Assembly: GCA_951406725.2 (NCBI GenBank)
Contig: OX597817.1
Coordinates: 80,104,001-80,168,000 of the forward strand
Length of the DNA stretch: 64,000 nucleotides
Direction of reading: 5' to 3'
Origin: Octopus vulgaris
Taxonomy: Eukaryota
Numbering within the stretch: position 1 is the first letter of the stretch; the number at the start of each line of letters is the position of its first letter. Positions 37,823 through 48,999 of this stretch are shown in pieces. The notes beneath the pieces are model-generated. The model was not told the origin of the DNA. It did no database searches and saw only the letters and a list, made by a program, of their open reading frames with translations. The position numbers were made by a program, and so were the translations under genes.

Positions 37823-39585
37823 ATTTTTTATTACCCACTAAGGGGCGACACAGAGGGGGACAACAAAAGACATGGGGACATAGAACATTATAATTAAACT
37901 TTATGAACATGTATTGTTAAACGAAAAAAAATGATAAAATGAAAGCAATACCAACGGCCCCGTCCGTCAGCATCACTTACCTGTCCTTTGTTTTTCATAG
38001 TCACTTGAATGTTCTTTGCCAATACGAATAAATTCCATATCCATTCTTACTCCGAAATACTCATTCATATTTTCCACGAATTCATCGCTCATTCTTATAT
38101 CTTTCACCTCCCAATTCTCCCTTTCACACCTCCCCATAAACTCACCTATGTTCTTCTTTTCAATCACAGCATACCTAGTCTCTCCAACATCATACCATTT
38201 ATACTCTTCCATTAGACTTTTAACTTCCCTCTGTTCAGTCATAGTACAAATGTACGGCCTGGGTTCGATTTCAATCTCTTGTGTGTGTGTATTCTTTTTT
38301 TTCTTTTGTTTTCTTGTTGGGGGGGAGCGGGTGGGTTCAATGTCTGCATGGATAGGGTGGGACTCAGAGGGTGTGGGAGGTTTTGGGGTAGATTGGAGTT
38401 CCATATTATTTTCTTTTTTTCCACATATTCTTCTCTTCCTCTTACTTCCAGCTTCCTTCCATTTCTGTGTATTCTCTTCCTCTGTTTCCTTCTCCTCTGG
38501 TTTCTGCTTCTCTCTCTCTGGTTCGGGATCCATTTCTTTCCCTGGGGGAGGGCAGAAGGCTCTTATGTGACCCCTCAGGCCACACTTGTAACAACGTGGA
38601 GCCCTGCCCTCCACCCACACTCTCATGATCACTTCTCCCAGTCTGATGCTTTCCGTCAGGTCCACCAGTACCTCGGTCTCTGCCTGTACGTTCAGCTCCA
38701 CTGTTACGCCTCTCCAGCCCTCGGACTTAACCGAGGCATGGAGAATATCCACTTCGTCCTCGTGGCCGCTGATCACAGCCGCCACAATCCATTCTGCCTC
38801 CACGTTTGGTGGCACTCCCTCCACCCTTATTCGTATAATCCTCCTGTTTAAATACGTAGGTAACAGTGTTACCTTTTCCGACTTCACCGCCTTCGCTGCC
38901 ATCTTCCTCGCTGCAGATTCACTTTTAAAGTGCACAACTACGGTCCCGTACTTGGATCCTCGAGTCAGAAAATTTATTTCCTCCTCAGTTCTTCGCAGGG
39001 CTTCCTGTATCCATTCCATGGTTACAACTTCTACCCTCTTCCTTTCGTTTGCGAACACCCTGTAAACAATGGTCCTCTTATCATACCATTCTTTTCTCCT
39101 GGGTGTCGGTGATAGTTCCACCTCCCCGCTTTCCTTTTTCATGTATTTCTGGTAACTTGGCAACTTGGCCATGTCGACCCCTTTCTCTTCCGCCTTCTTG
39201 GTTACACCGGCATAGGTATAACCCAGCTTCTCTTCCAATTCCCTTGCTGCCATTTCTAGCTCCTTCTCAGACGTAGGCAAGTCTGATAAAGACTCGAAAA
39301 CTCCAGCCTTTTCTTCCATCAGCTTCATTGCAATTGCCTGTTCCAGTTCCTCATCTGTCGTGGACAAGTCTGTTAAAGACTCATAGTCCATTTCCTTCTG
39401 TCTGACAGACCGAAAACGGCCGCCAAAACAGAAAAAGTGCAACGCGCTGAACGAGCGAAACGCGAAACCGCGTCAACGCCGTTCAGAATTTCCACAACAA
39501 CAACAACGCTTTTTGTTCTTTTTTACCGAATTTCAGGAGCCGAAAAAATATGACTTCTTGTCACTATTTAAATCTCTTTTTTTTA
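37823..39585 (-). mobile_element. ORF1-only retroelement, family B copy 4 (longest 5' end)
   Basis: 5' end extends to ...cactatttaaatct. Confidence 0.8.
37973..39391 (-). CDS. Tx1/L1-type ORF1 (Gag-like) protein, 472 aa from MDYESL; acidic helical N-terminus, RRM-like region, CCHC knuckle
   Basis: Intact ORF with VEGRAPRCYKCGLRGHIRAFCP; aligns with family A (RGSKYGTVVVHF vs RGAKYATIWLLF; LLPTY...IRVEGVPP...EW vs FLPSY...LWVCGLPP...EW). Confidence 0.85.
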   Translation of the reverse strand: MDYESLTDLSTTDEELEQAIAMKLMEEKAGVFESLSDLPTSEKELEMAARELEEKLGYTYAGVTKKAEEKGVDMAKLPSYQKYMKKESGEVELSPTPRRKEWYDKRTIVYRVFANERKRVEVVTMEWIQEALRRTEEEINFLTRGSKYGTVVVHFKSESAARKMAAKAVKSEKVTLLPTYLNRRIIRIRVEGVPPNVEAEWIVAAVISGHEDEVDILHASVKSEGWRGVTVELNVQAETEVLVDLTESIRLGEVIMRVWVEGRAPRCYKCGLRGHIRAFCPPPGKEMDPEPEREKQKPEEKETEEENTQKWKEAGSKRKRRICGKKENNMELQSTPKPPTPSESHPIHADIEPTRSPPTRKQKKKKNTHTQEIEIEPRPYICTMTEQREVKSLMEEYKWYDVGETRYAVIEKKNIGEFMGRCERENWEVKDIRMSDEFVENMNEYFGVRMDMEFIRIGKEHSSDYEKQRTGK

Positions 39586-41330
39586 TTACCCACTAAGGGG
39601 CTACGAAGAATGGCGGACATAACAAAACATGGGGACATAGAACATTATAATTAAACTTTATGAAAATGAATTGTTAAATGAAAAAATGATTAAATGAAAG
39701 CGATACCAACGGCCCCGTCCGTCAGCATCACTTACCTGTCCTTTGTTTTTCATAGTCACTTGAATGTTCTTTGCCAATACGAATAAATTCCATATCCATT
39801 CTTACTCCGAAATACTCATCCATATTTTCCACGAATTCATCGCTCATTCTTATATCTTTCACCTCCCAATTCTCGCATTCACACATCACCATAAAGTCAC
39901 CTATGTTCTTCTTTTCAATCACAGCATACCTAGTCTCACCAACATCATACCATTTATACTCTTCCATTAAACTTTTAACTTCTTTCTGTTCAGTCATAGT
40001 ACAAATGTACGGCCTGATATCGATTTCAATCTCTTGTGTGTGTGTATTCTTTTTTTCTTTTGTTTTCTTGTTGGGGGGGGAGCGGGTGGGTTCAATGTCT
40101 GCATGGATAGGGTGGGATTCAGAGGGTGTGGGAGGTTTTGGGGTAGATTGGAATTCCATATTATTTTCTTTTTTTCCACATATTCTTCTCTTCCTCTTAC
40201 TTCCAGCTTCCTTCCATTTCTGTGTATTCTCTTCCTCTGTTTCCTTCTCCTCTGGTTTCTGCTTCTCTCTCTCTGGTTCGGGATCCATTTCTTTCCCTGG
40301 GGGAGGGCAGAAGGCTCTTATGTGACCCCTCAGGCCACACTTGTAACAACGTGGAGCCCTGCCCTCCACCCACACTCTCATGATCACTTCTCCCAGTCTG
40401 ATGCTTTCCGTCAGGTCCACCAGTACCTCGGTCTCTGCCTGTACGTTCAGCTCCACTGTTACGCCTCTCCAGCCCTCGGACTTAACCGAGGCATGGAGAA
40501 TATCCACTTCGTCCTCGTGGCCGCTGATCACAGCCGCCACAATCCATTCTGCCTCCACGTTTGGTGGCACTCCCTCCACCCTTATTCGTGTAATCCTCCT
40601 GTTTAAATACGTAGGTAACAGTGTTACCTTTTCCGACTTCACCGCCTTCGCTGCCATCTTCCTCGCTGCCGATTCACTTTTAAAGTGCACAACTACGGTC
40701 CCGTACTTGGATCCTCGAGTCAGAAAATTTATTTCCTCCTCAGTTCTTCGCAGGGCTTCCTCTATCCATTCCATGGATACAACTTCTACCCTCTTCCTTT
40801 CGTTTGCGCACACCCTGTAAACAATGGTCCTCTTATCATACCATTCTTTTCTCCTGGGTGTCGGTGATAGTTCCACCTCACCGCTTTCCTTTTTCATGTA
40901 TTTCTGGTAACTTGGCAACTTGGCCATGTCGACCCCTTTCTCTTCCGCCTTCTTGGTTACACCGGCATAGGTATAACCCAGCTTCTCTTCCAATTCCCTT
41001 GCTGCCATTTCTAGCTCCTTCTCAGACGTAGGCAAGTCTGATAAAGACTCGAAAACTCCAGCCTTTTCTTCCATCAGCTTCATTGCAATTGCCTGTTCCA
41101 GTTCCTCATCTGTCGTGGACAAGTCTGTTAAAGACTCATAGTCCATTTCCTTCTGTCTGACAGACCGAAAACGGCCGCCAAAACAGAAAAAGTGCAACGC
41201 GCTGAACGAGCGAAACGCGAAACCGCGTCAACGCCGTTCAGAATTTCCACAACAACAACAACGCTTTTTGTTCTTTTTTACCGAATTTCAGGAGCCGAAA
41301 AAATATGACTTCTTGCCACTATTTAAATCT
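39586..41330 (-). mobile_element. ORF1-only retroelement, family B copy 5 (longest 5' end)
   Basis: Same 5' terminus as copy 4 (atttaaatct at 41321-41330). Confidence 0.8.
39728..41146 (-). CDS. Tx1/L1-type ORF1 (Gag-like) protein, 472 aa
   Basis: Intact ORF, near-identical to copy 4, with a more divergent C-terminal domain. Confidence 0.85.
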   Translation of the reverse strand: MDYESLTDLSTTDEELEQAIAMKLMEEKAGVFESLSDLPTSEKELEMAARELEEKLGYTYAGVTKKAEEKGVDMAKLPSYQKYMKKESGEVELSPTPRRKEWYDKRTIVYRVCANERKRVEVVSMEWIEEALRRTEEEINFLTRGSKYGTVVVHFKSESAARKMAAKAVKSEKVTLLPTYLNRRITRIRVEGVPPNVEAEWIVAAVISGHEDEVDILHASVKSEGWRGVTVELNVQAETEVLVDLTESIRLGEVIMRVWVEGRAPRCYKCGLRGHIRAFCPPPGKEMDPEPEREKQKPEEKETEEENTQKWKEAGSKRKRRICGKKENNMEFQSTPKPPTPSESHPIHADIEPTRSPPNKKTKEKKNTHTQEIEIDIRPYICTMTEQKEVKSLMEEYKWYDVGETRYAVIEKKNIGDFMVMCECENWEVKDIRMSDEFVENMDEYFGVRMDMEFIRIGKEHSSDYEKQRTGK

Positions 41331-41502
41331 GATTCTGGTTCTTTGCCAACCAGTCAAATCTTGACGACTATGTTTGAAGTGCTAAAGAATTTTTTGCGTA
41401 TTTATTGTCATGCTAATTCCCTACTTCCTACATTTGAATAATCCACAGTGTAAAACACTGATTTTACAAATAATCTTTTAATATTATTTGTGTATATAAA
41501 AG

Positions 41503-42285
41503 TGGGAGCTGGCAGAAATGCTTATCGGCATTTCGTCTGCCGTTACATTCTGAGTTCAAATTCCGCCGAGGTCGACTTTGCCTTTCATCCTTTCGGGGTC
41601 GATAAATTAAGTACCAGTTACGTACTGGGGTCGATGTAATCGACTTAACCCCTGTGTCTGTCCTTGTTTGTCTCCTCTGTGTTTAGCCCCTTGTGGGCAA
41701 TAAAGAAATAAGAATCGTTAGCACGCCAGGCGAAATTCTTAGCGGTATTTCGTCTGTCTTTAGGTTCTGAGTTCAAATTCCATCGAGGTCGATTTTCCCT
41801 TTCGTCCTTTCGGGGTCTATAAATTAAGTACCAGTTGCGTACTGGGGTCGATGTATCGACTAGCCGCTTCCCCCAAAACTTCGGACCTTGTGCCTAGAGC
41901 AGAAATGAATATTATTTGTATATATGTTGCCGTGCCGGGAAAATTCTTTGAGGCATTTCTTCTGATTTTACTTTCTGGGTTCAAATGCTGCCGGTGTCCA
42001 CTTTGCCTTTTATCATTTCGGGGTGAATAAAATAAGTGCCAGTTGATTTAATCGACTTAACCCCTCCCACAAACTTGTTGACTTTGTGCAAAAATTTGAA
42101 CCAAACGTTATTTGAGTATATAAGGCAACGAGCTGGTGGGGTTGTTAGCATGCTGGGCAAAATGCTCAGCTGTATTTTGCCTTTAATCCTTTCGGGGTCG
42201 ATAAAATGAGTACCGATTGATCGTTGGGATCAATGTAATCGACTTCCCGCTCGATCGAACTTTAAAGCCAAAATTTGAAATTTGA
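41503..42285 (+). mobile_element. Cluster of SINE family 2 copies (long-tail copy followed by short-tail copies)
   Basis: Repeated ttctgagttcaaattcc...ttcggggtcgataaattaagtaccagtt; tail gtttagccccttgtgggcaataaagaaata at 41681-41710. Confidence 0.8.
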
Positions 42286-42857
42286 ATATTATATGTCTGT
42301 GGGTGTGTTTGTTTTTGCGTAAATGTATGTAAAATGTATTGAATTGCGTCTTTTTATAGCAATAAGTAAACAATTCATTCAATAAAAAAAAGATCGATAA
42401 AATAAATAGGAGACTGAAAGTGCTGGAGTCAATACGATCGAATTGGATCATTGAAGTTAATGGCTGATCGTAGTTACAGTTCAACGGCAGAAAGAAAACA
42501 GAACAACTTAGCTCGTCGTCTGCTTGACAAAATCTGACCTAGGGTTAAATAAAACCCACAATGAACACAGTGATACATTTATCACATTTGACCTTTCATT
42601 AGTTTGACCACAACAATGTTCTGACTTTCATTACTATATGACCATTAGTTTCAATGTATAACAACATCGTCACGAAATTGAGTATTAAACGGTGTTGCTG
42701 TAATTGTTATTGTTGCAGTTTTTTTATGTTGTTTTTTTTTGTTGTTATGGTTAACTTTATCTATGGAAGAGCAATTTGACAAGACAAATGTTGCTATTCC
42801 GTTTTTGGATTTGGTTTGCAAGATTCTTTATATGAGTTCGTGTGTTGAAGCATATTC

Positions 42858-43019
42858 TGTTGTGTCTGGAGAGAGTCATTTTCTTTTTGTGCCTTATAAT
42901 GTAACACTCACCGATAAAATGTAACACAATCACCGGCAAAATTAATAAGTGGAAATTTTACCGGTGAGTGTGTTACATTATAAGGCATTAAAAGAAAATG
43001 ACTCTCCCCAGACACAACA
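42858..43019. repeat. Short foldback/MITE-like inverted repeat (~63-bp arms)
   Basis: tgttgtgtctggagagagtcattttctttt.gtgccttataatgtaacac... versus ...gtgttacattataaggca.taaaagaaaatgactctccccagacacaaca. Confidence 0.75.
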
Positions 43020-43317
43020 AAATGTTGTTAATTTCACTTTAAATCTATTTCATGAGGCGTTGAAATTTTCGTCTCAATTGCAATTTGGTTTCTGACAAAG
43101 TTTTCGTCATGTTGCAGTGTAACTGTGTCAAGGACAAGGTCGTAGTTGAGTGACGAAGAGTTTGACAACTCATCAAATAGATTAAATTACGGCATGATTA
43201 TGAAGAAAGGCTTGTTGTAGGTATATATACATAATTTATTGCTGTACTAATTCTGAAAGCGTTCATGAAATACAAGAAGAGTAAATTTTTTATAGAACGG
43301 CGTATATTACAGGTGCG

Positions 43318-43625
43318 TGGAGGCGCGATGGCCCAGTGGTTAGGGCAGCGGACTTGTGGTCGGAGGATCGCGGATTTGATTCCCAGACCGGGCGTTGTGT
43401 GTGTTTATTGAGCGAAAACACCTAAAGCTCCACGATGCTCTGGAAGGGGGTGGTGGTGACCTCTGTTATACTCTTTTGCCCCAACTTTCTCTCACTCTTT
43501 CTTCCTGTTTCTTGAGTAACGATGCGATGGACTGGCGTCCCGTCCAGCTGGGGGGAACACATACGCCACAGAAACCGGGAAACCGGGCCCATGAGCCTGG
43601 CTAGGCTTGAAAATGGCGTATAAAT
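43318..43625 (+). mobile_element. SINE family 3, tRNA-derived head
   Basis: ggaggcgcgatggcccagtggttagggcagcggact (A-box, D-arm-like) ... gatttgattccc (degenerate B-box). Confidence 0.75.
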
Positions 43626-44309
43626 AAAATAAATATTACAGGTGCAGCAGATCTTCACCATATATTTAGGTTAATTTTTACACATTGCATATTCTTGTTG
43701 CTTTGTTCTGCGGCATGTTTCTTCATTTATCGCGCCGGGTTGAATATGTAGCTATGAGAAAAACTACGAGTCGAAAGCGAACTCCACTAAGAGCCAAATT
43801 CACTCTTACCTTTTCACACTAAAATGAGCCGTATTCGTAGGCTCTGTTCACAGAAAGTTCTAGTCATACCGCCAGAGGTGAACAAAAGCCGTTGATTGAA
43901 CGGAAAGTGTCTTTGCACACATGATCAACTCACAGTTTCAATGTTGCCAAACGTGGGGTCAAATCCAACTGTTCTTTTATGACGTATTTGCTTCAATTAA
44001 GCGACATTAAAAATTTGGGCTCCTACATTATTTACTTTATTTCTGCAGAAAAGGAAGACCCCTTTTTCCTTCTATCCAAATTAATAGCAAATCATCTTTC
44101 TCTATACTGGCTTTCTATCTCATCATTCTACTTATCTAGCAATAAATAATCTAAACTTGCAATAATGACCAACTGATTGACTAAATGCTTATTATAGCTT
44201 AACTTTGAGTCAGTCTCGATCACGGCGCCAAAGTAGTGTTGATGGAAAAGTTCGTAGTAGAGCTTTGAACAAGGTACAGCGATCCGGAAGAAGACAAAAA
44301 GTCAATAAC

Positions 44310-45022
44310 CTATTTCTTTACTACCTACAAGGGTCTAAACACAGTAGGTACAAACAAGGACAGACAAACAGTGCGTAACTGGTACTTATTTAATCACCCC
44401 GAAAGGATGAAAGGCAAAGTCGACCTCGACGGAATTTGAACTCAAGGAGCTAAACACAGAGGGTACAAACAAGGACAGACAAACGGATTAAGTCGATTAC
44501 ATCGACCCCAGTGCGTAACTGGTACTTATTTAATCGACCCCGAAAGGATGAAAGGTAAAGTCGACCTCGACGGAATTTGAACTCAGAACGTAGCGGTAGA
44601 CGAAATACCTATTTCTTTACTACCCACAAGGAGCTAAGCACAGAGGGTACAAACAAGGACAGACAAACGGATTAAGTCGATTACATCTCGACCCCAGTGC
44701 GTAACTGGTACTTATTTAATCGACCCCAAAAGGATGAAAGGCAAAGTCGACCTCGACGGAATTTGAACTCAGAGCGTAACGGCAGACGAAATACCTATTT
44801 CTTTATTACCCACAAGGGGCTAAACACAGAGGGAACAAACAAGGACAGACATAGGTATTAAGTCGATTACATCGACCCCAGTTCGTAACTGGTACTTAAT
44901 TTATCGACCCCGAAAGGATGAAAGGCAAAGTCGACCTCGGCGGAATTTGAACTCACAACGTAACACAGACGAAATACCGCTAGGCATTACGCCCGGCGTG
45001 CTAACGTTTCTGCCAGCTTGCC
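44310..45022 (-). mobile_element. Head-to-tail tandem of four SINE family 2 long-tail units
   Basis: tatttcttta.tacccacaagg.gctaa.cacagaggg.acaaacaaggacagac repeated at ~44311, ~44445 (partial), ~44610 and ~44796. Confidence 0.85.
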
Positions 45023-46301
45023 GTCAATAACCAGAGCATAAGAAAGCTCGCCTATAACGAAAGAGAATTAGTTTGAGAATGCAAGGAAGTTATAGTTCAG
45101 CAGAAAAGAAAAAAAAAGGTAGCTAAAAAAAAAACAAAATAAAACGGTTTAACGCAGAGACTAAGACATAAGGAAGTAAGAGAAAAAGTATTATGTGAGA
45201 ACAGGGATGGTGATGATGATGAAGATGATGATGAGGAGGATACTGGTGATTTTGTTTTAATGAATGGTATAGGGGATGTGGAACCATCAGCCTCCGTGCG
45301 CACACATAGCTATATGAGACGGAAGTAGATAATGGTCAAATGACAGTTGTCGATGTAGTAATGATAGGTTAAATTAGAACTTATGAAACACCTTATAAAG
45401 TGGTGGTGTACAATATTATTTAGTTCAGTATATGTGCTTGAGTATGTTTTATATATTCATTGCATAAAAAAAAATAGAGGTACGTCTATGCTTGTGCGTT
45501 GGCTCGCATTGAGAGAATCTGTACGTGAAAACCTGCTCACAAGAAATATGTGTGTCAATGAAGAAATGATTATATATAAGTACGTATGTATGTATGTATA
45601 TAAGTGTGTGTGTGTGTGTATAGAGAGAGGGAGAGAGGCAGAGAGAGGGGGAAAGAGACATATACACTCACATATACACATCTGTCCATCTATGCATTCA
45701 TCCATAGGTATACATATATATATATACACACACACACATACATACACACATACATACATACATGCATACATGCATACATGCATACATACATACATACATA
45801 CATACATACATACATACATACATACATACATACGCACATATATATATGAATGTGGGTAAAATATATATACATAAATACTCATATATATATATGCATATAT
45901 ATATATGTATATATATATGTGTGTATAAGTACACACACATACACATACGCATAAATCACTAGCATATATATTTTGAATATGTTGTCTCTATGCGGACACT
46001 TAGATACATATTTATAAATGGCAATCTGCATGTATTTAATTATGCATACATATTTATCCAAATAAATATACATATAGAAAATTTAGTCGTTGTGAGAGAC
46101 TACGAGTTGTGTGCTTGTCAACATGCATAGAAGCACGTAGTATACATACATATATACATACACATATATAAATATGTATATATACATATATAGATGTAAA
46201 TGGATGTGTGTATATATATATATATATATGTATATGTTTGTATATATATATATATATACATATATATACATATTTATATATATATATGTATATACATACA
46301 T

Positions 46302-46340
<39 letters not shown>

Positions 46341-47914
46341 CCATAAAATGATGTATAAGTATGCAAAAACTTCAGTGCACATGCTACCATATGTGTACTG
46401 TATGATGTTTGAAGTATTTTCCCTATATACATGTGTATATATATATATGCGTGTGTGTGTGCACATACATAGATGTGTGTACATTTTTGTTTCTTTACAA
46501 GAGATACAAATACATCTACTTACATAAATATGAATATATACGTATGTGCATGCGCGTGTGTGTGTATGTCTGTGTGTGAGTGCTTGTGATTGTGTGTGTT
46601 GGCACGTAGTCACATACAGACACATGTACTAACACTGTTAAGTCATAAACACACCCATACACTATTTCCTCATCTTTTTTTTTTATATGCGTTTTGAGGA
46701 TTCTTTCTCTTCGTAATATATTTTAACAACAGTTTTCACCATTTTTTAATATTTTTTTGGTTCCTTATCTACTCTTCAGTTTCTTTTCCCATTTATTTAT
46801 CCGTTTATTTTCTTTCGTTGTAGTTCTTTCTCCTCCCGTATATGTTAACTCTACCCTCAAAATAATAGGTTAGAAGGGCAAAAATATTCCAAGTCTTACC
46901 TCAGAGTTCTCCAGAGAGACTTTTATTTGGAATTATGTAATATTCGCTACTTTTAAAACGCCTGCATTATAATTTAAATTTTCCTAACACTGTTATTGCT
47001 GAATTTTCTATTATTTTCAACATGTATATTTTCTTTAAAAGAAAAAACAAAATCATTTTCAATTGCTTCTGTTTTGCCCAAATTTTGTAAAACTATTTCT
47101 TGCATAAGGAAAAAATGAAATATGGAATTTTCATTTCATGAAAATATCTAAATTTAATGAATTCTTTGGTTTTGCTAATATATGTGGCATTTACGCCAAC
47201 TTCAACTCTGTGCTCTCCACTCCTGGAAGTATACAAACATCCAAATCATACAAAAATATCAAATCCCTGAATTTATAAATTTCGTACCCAGGCATATCTA
47301 CAATATCATAAACTTCAACATCAGGGATTCCATTCCATATTCTACAATAGTCTACAATATTCAACATACTGGTTGGATTCCATAGCCCAACTTTGAAAAT
47401 ATTTACTATACTATTTAATCAATTCCGGGTACGGTTATAACTTAAAAGGATTTTGGCTATTATTGGTCAAAATGTTTAACTTAATAGCACCACTTGGGGC
47501 TGTCTTTTAAGTGATGTATTAGGACATCGTAACCCACTGGAGCACGGGGTTGTTTTTTTGCCAACATGTATCCTGGCGTCATTGGCTCCCTGGTATTTCT
47601 TGGAGAAATTTGTCCAGGTACCATTTGAATGTTATGGGATCATCTTCTTTAAAAGAGACTTATTAATTGAATAAAAGAAATGATGAGTCGTGATGTCAAT
47701 CAATTTTTAAACGTAATTATAAATTTCTTTTCGATTTCGTCTATATTATACTCTTTTATTTTCTTCTGGTTAACCAACCGAAGCAAGCGGAGACAGTCAT
47801 CGCTTTAACACAAGTTACTGTGATAACGAAACTGTGGAACAGCCATGCGGAATCTTATGGATTTCATCTGAGTCTTTAGTAAGATACGACGTCAAAGAAG
47901 TCAGTAGTCATATA

Positions 47915-48329
47915 CTCTCTCTCTTTTACTCTCTTTTACTTGTTTCAGTCATTTGACTGCGGCCATGCTGGAGCACCGCCTTTAGTCGAGCAGATCGACC
48001 CCGGGACTTATTCTTTGTAAGCCCAGTACTTATTCTATCGGTCTCCTTTGCCGAACCGCTAAGTGACGGGGACATAAACACACCAGCATCAGTTGTCAAG
48101 CAATGCTAGGGGGACAAACACAGACACACAAACATATACACACACATACATATATATACATATATACGACAGGCTACTTTCAGTTTCCGTCTACCAAATC
48201 CACTCACAAGGCATTGGTCGGCCCAAGGCTATAGCAAAAGACACTTGCCCAAGATGCCACGCAGTGGGACTGAACCCGGAACCATGTGGTTGGTAAGCAA
48301 GCTACTTACTACACAGCCACTCCTGCGCC
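47915..48329 (-). mobile_element. SINE family 1, full length (empty-site reference for array A)
   Basis: Very similar to 24641-25015 plus 31870-31906, with an uninterrupted ggtaagcaagctacttactacacagccactcctgcgcc. Confidence 0.85.
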
Positions 48330-48999
48330 ATATGGAGTGTATGATGAAGAAAAAAACGTTGTTCCAGCATCTCAGCCTCTTGAGCGTTCACATTAATGCT
48401 GCATTAGATTCTCACTGTTCTGCATGTACCTTATGAAATATCATCAGTTTGACAGACATCAGCATGCATCAACAAAGTATTTCTTAGCTGATTCCTATAA
48501 ATAAGAACTCGTGCTCTTGCGAGATTCGTCGGTCTGGTGGGGTAGCTTCGACTGAGGAGACATACAACACGGTCGAAACACTGCAGTGTTTCAAATTCTC
48601 CGTAAACTGGTGAACCAGTGACATACGTATGTTACGAACACACATCAGCTAAAAGGAAGAGGCGTTCTCCGATGACGCAAAACAACATCGATCAAGTATA
48701 TACATATAGCCTCGGACACACCAGAGCTTTGTGAGTAGATTTGGTAGATGGAAACTGAAATTCCGCATCCCCAACATAAATAAACTATTCTCAATTTGCC
48801 TAGGATTTGGCTTGAGCCAGCTAAAAAACGTGATACACACCCAACTGGGAAAAAAATCAATATTTTGTCAGCTGTGGCGAACTCTTATCAACTGCTTGCA
48901 CAGTACTGCCAGCAATATTCATTTGCGAGTTACGATTTGCTTCTGTTTTTACCTGAGTGCACTTTTACATATAATTATTCCAACTTAAACTAGCCATTT

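Noticed and set aside
32941-41031. Plus-strand ORFs repeated in each B unit (MPIRINS..., MITSPSL...)
   Set aside because: Antisense shadows of the purine-rich ORF1; lengths vary and there are no recognisable motifs.
25016-41330. LTR-retrotransposon gag or endogenous virus interpretation
   Set aside because: No LTRs, PBS, PPT, protease or integrase; A-rich tails, 5' truncation and the ORF1-type motif order point to non-LTR origin.
43318-43392. tRNA gene
   Set aside because: The tRNA-like head continues into a repeated SINE body and the T-arm/B-box is degenerate.
45060-45420. Possible host exon or UTR
   Set aside because: Only low-complexity S/H tracts; no supportable splice structure or protein similarity.
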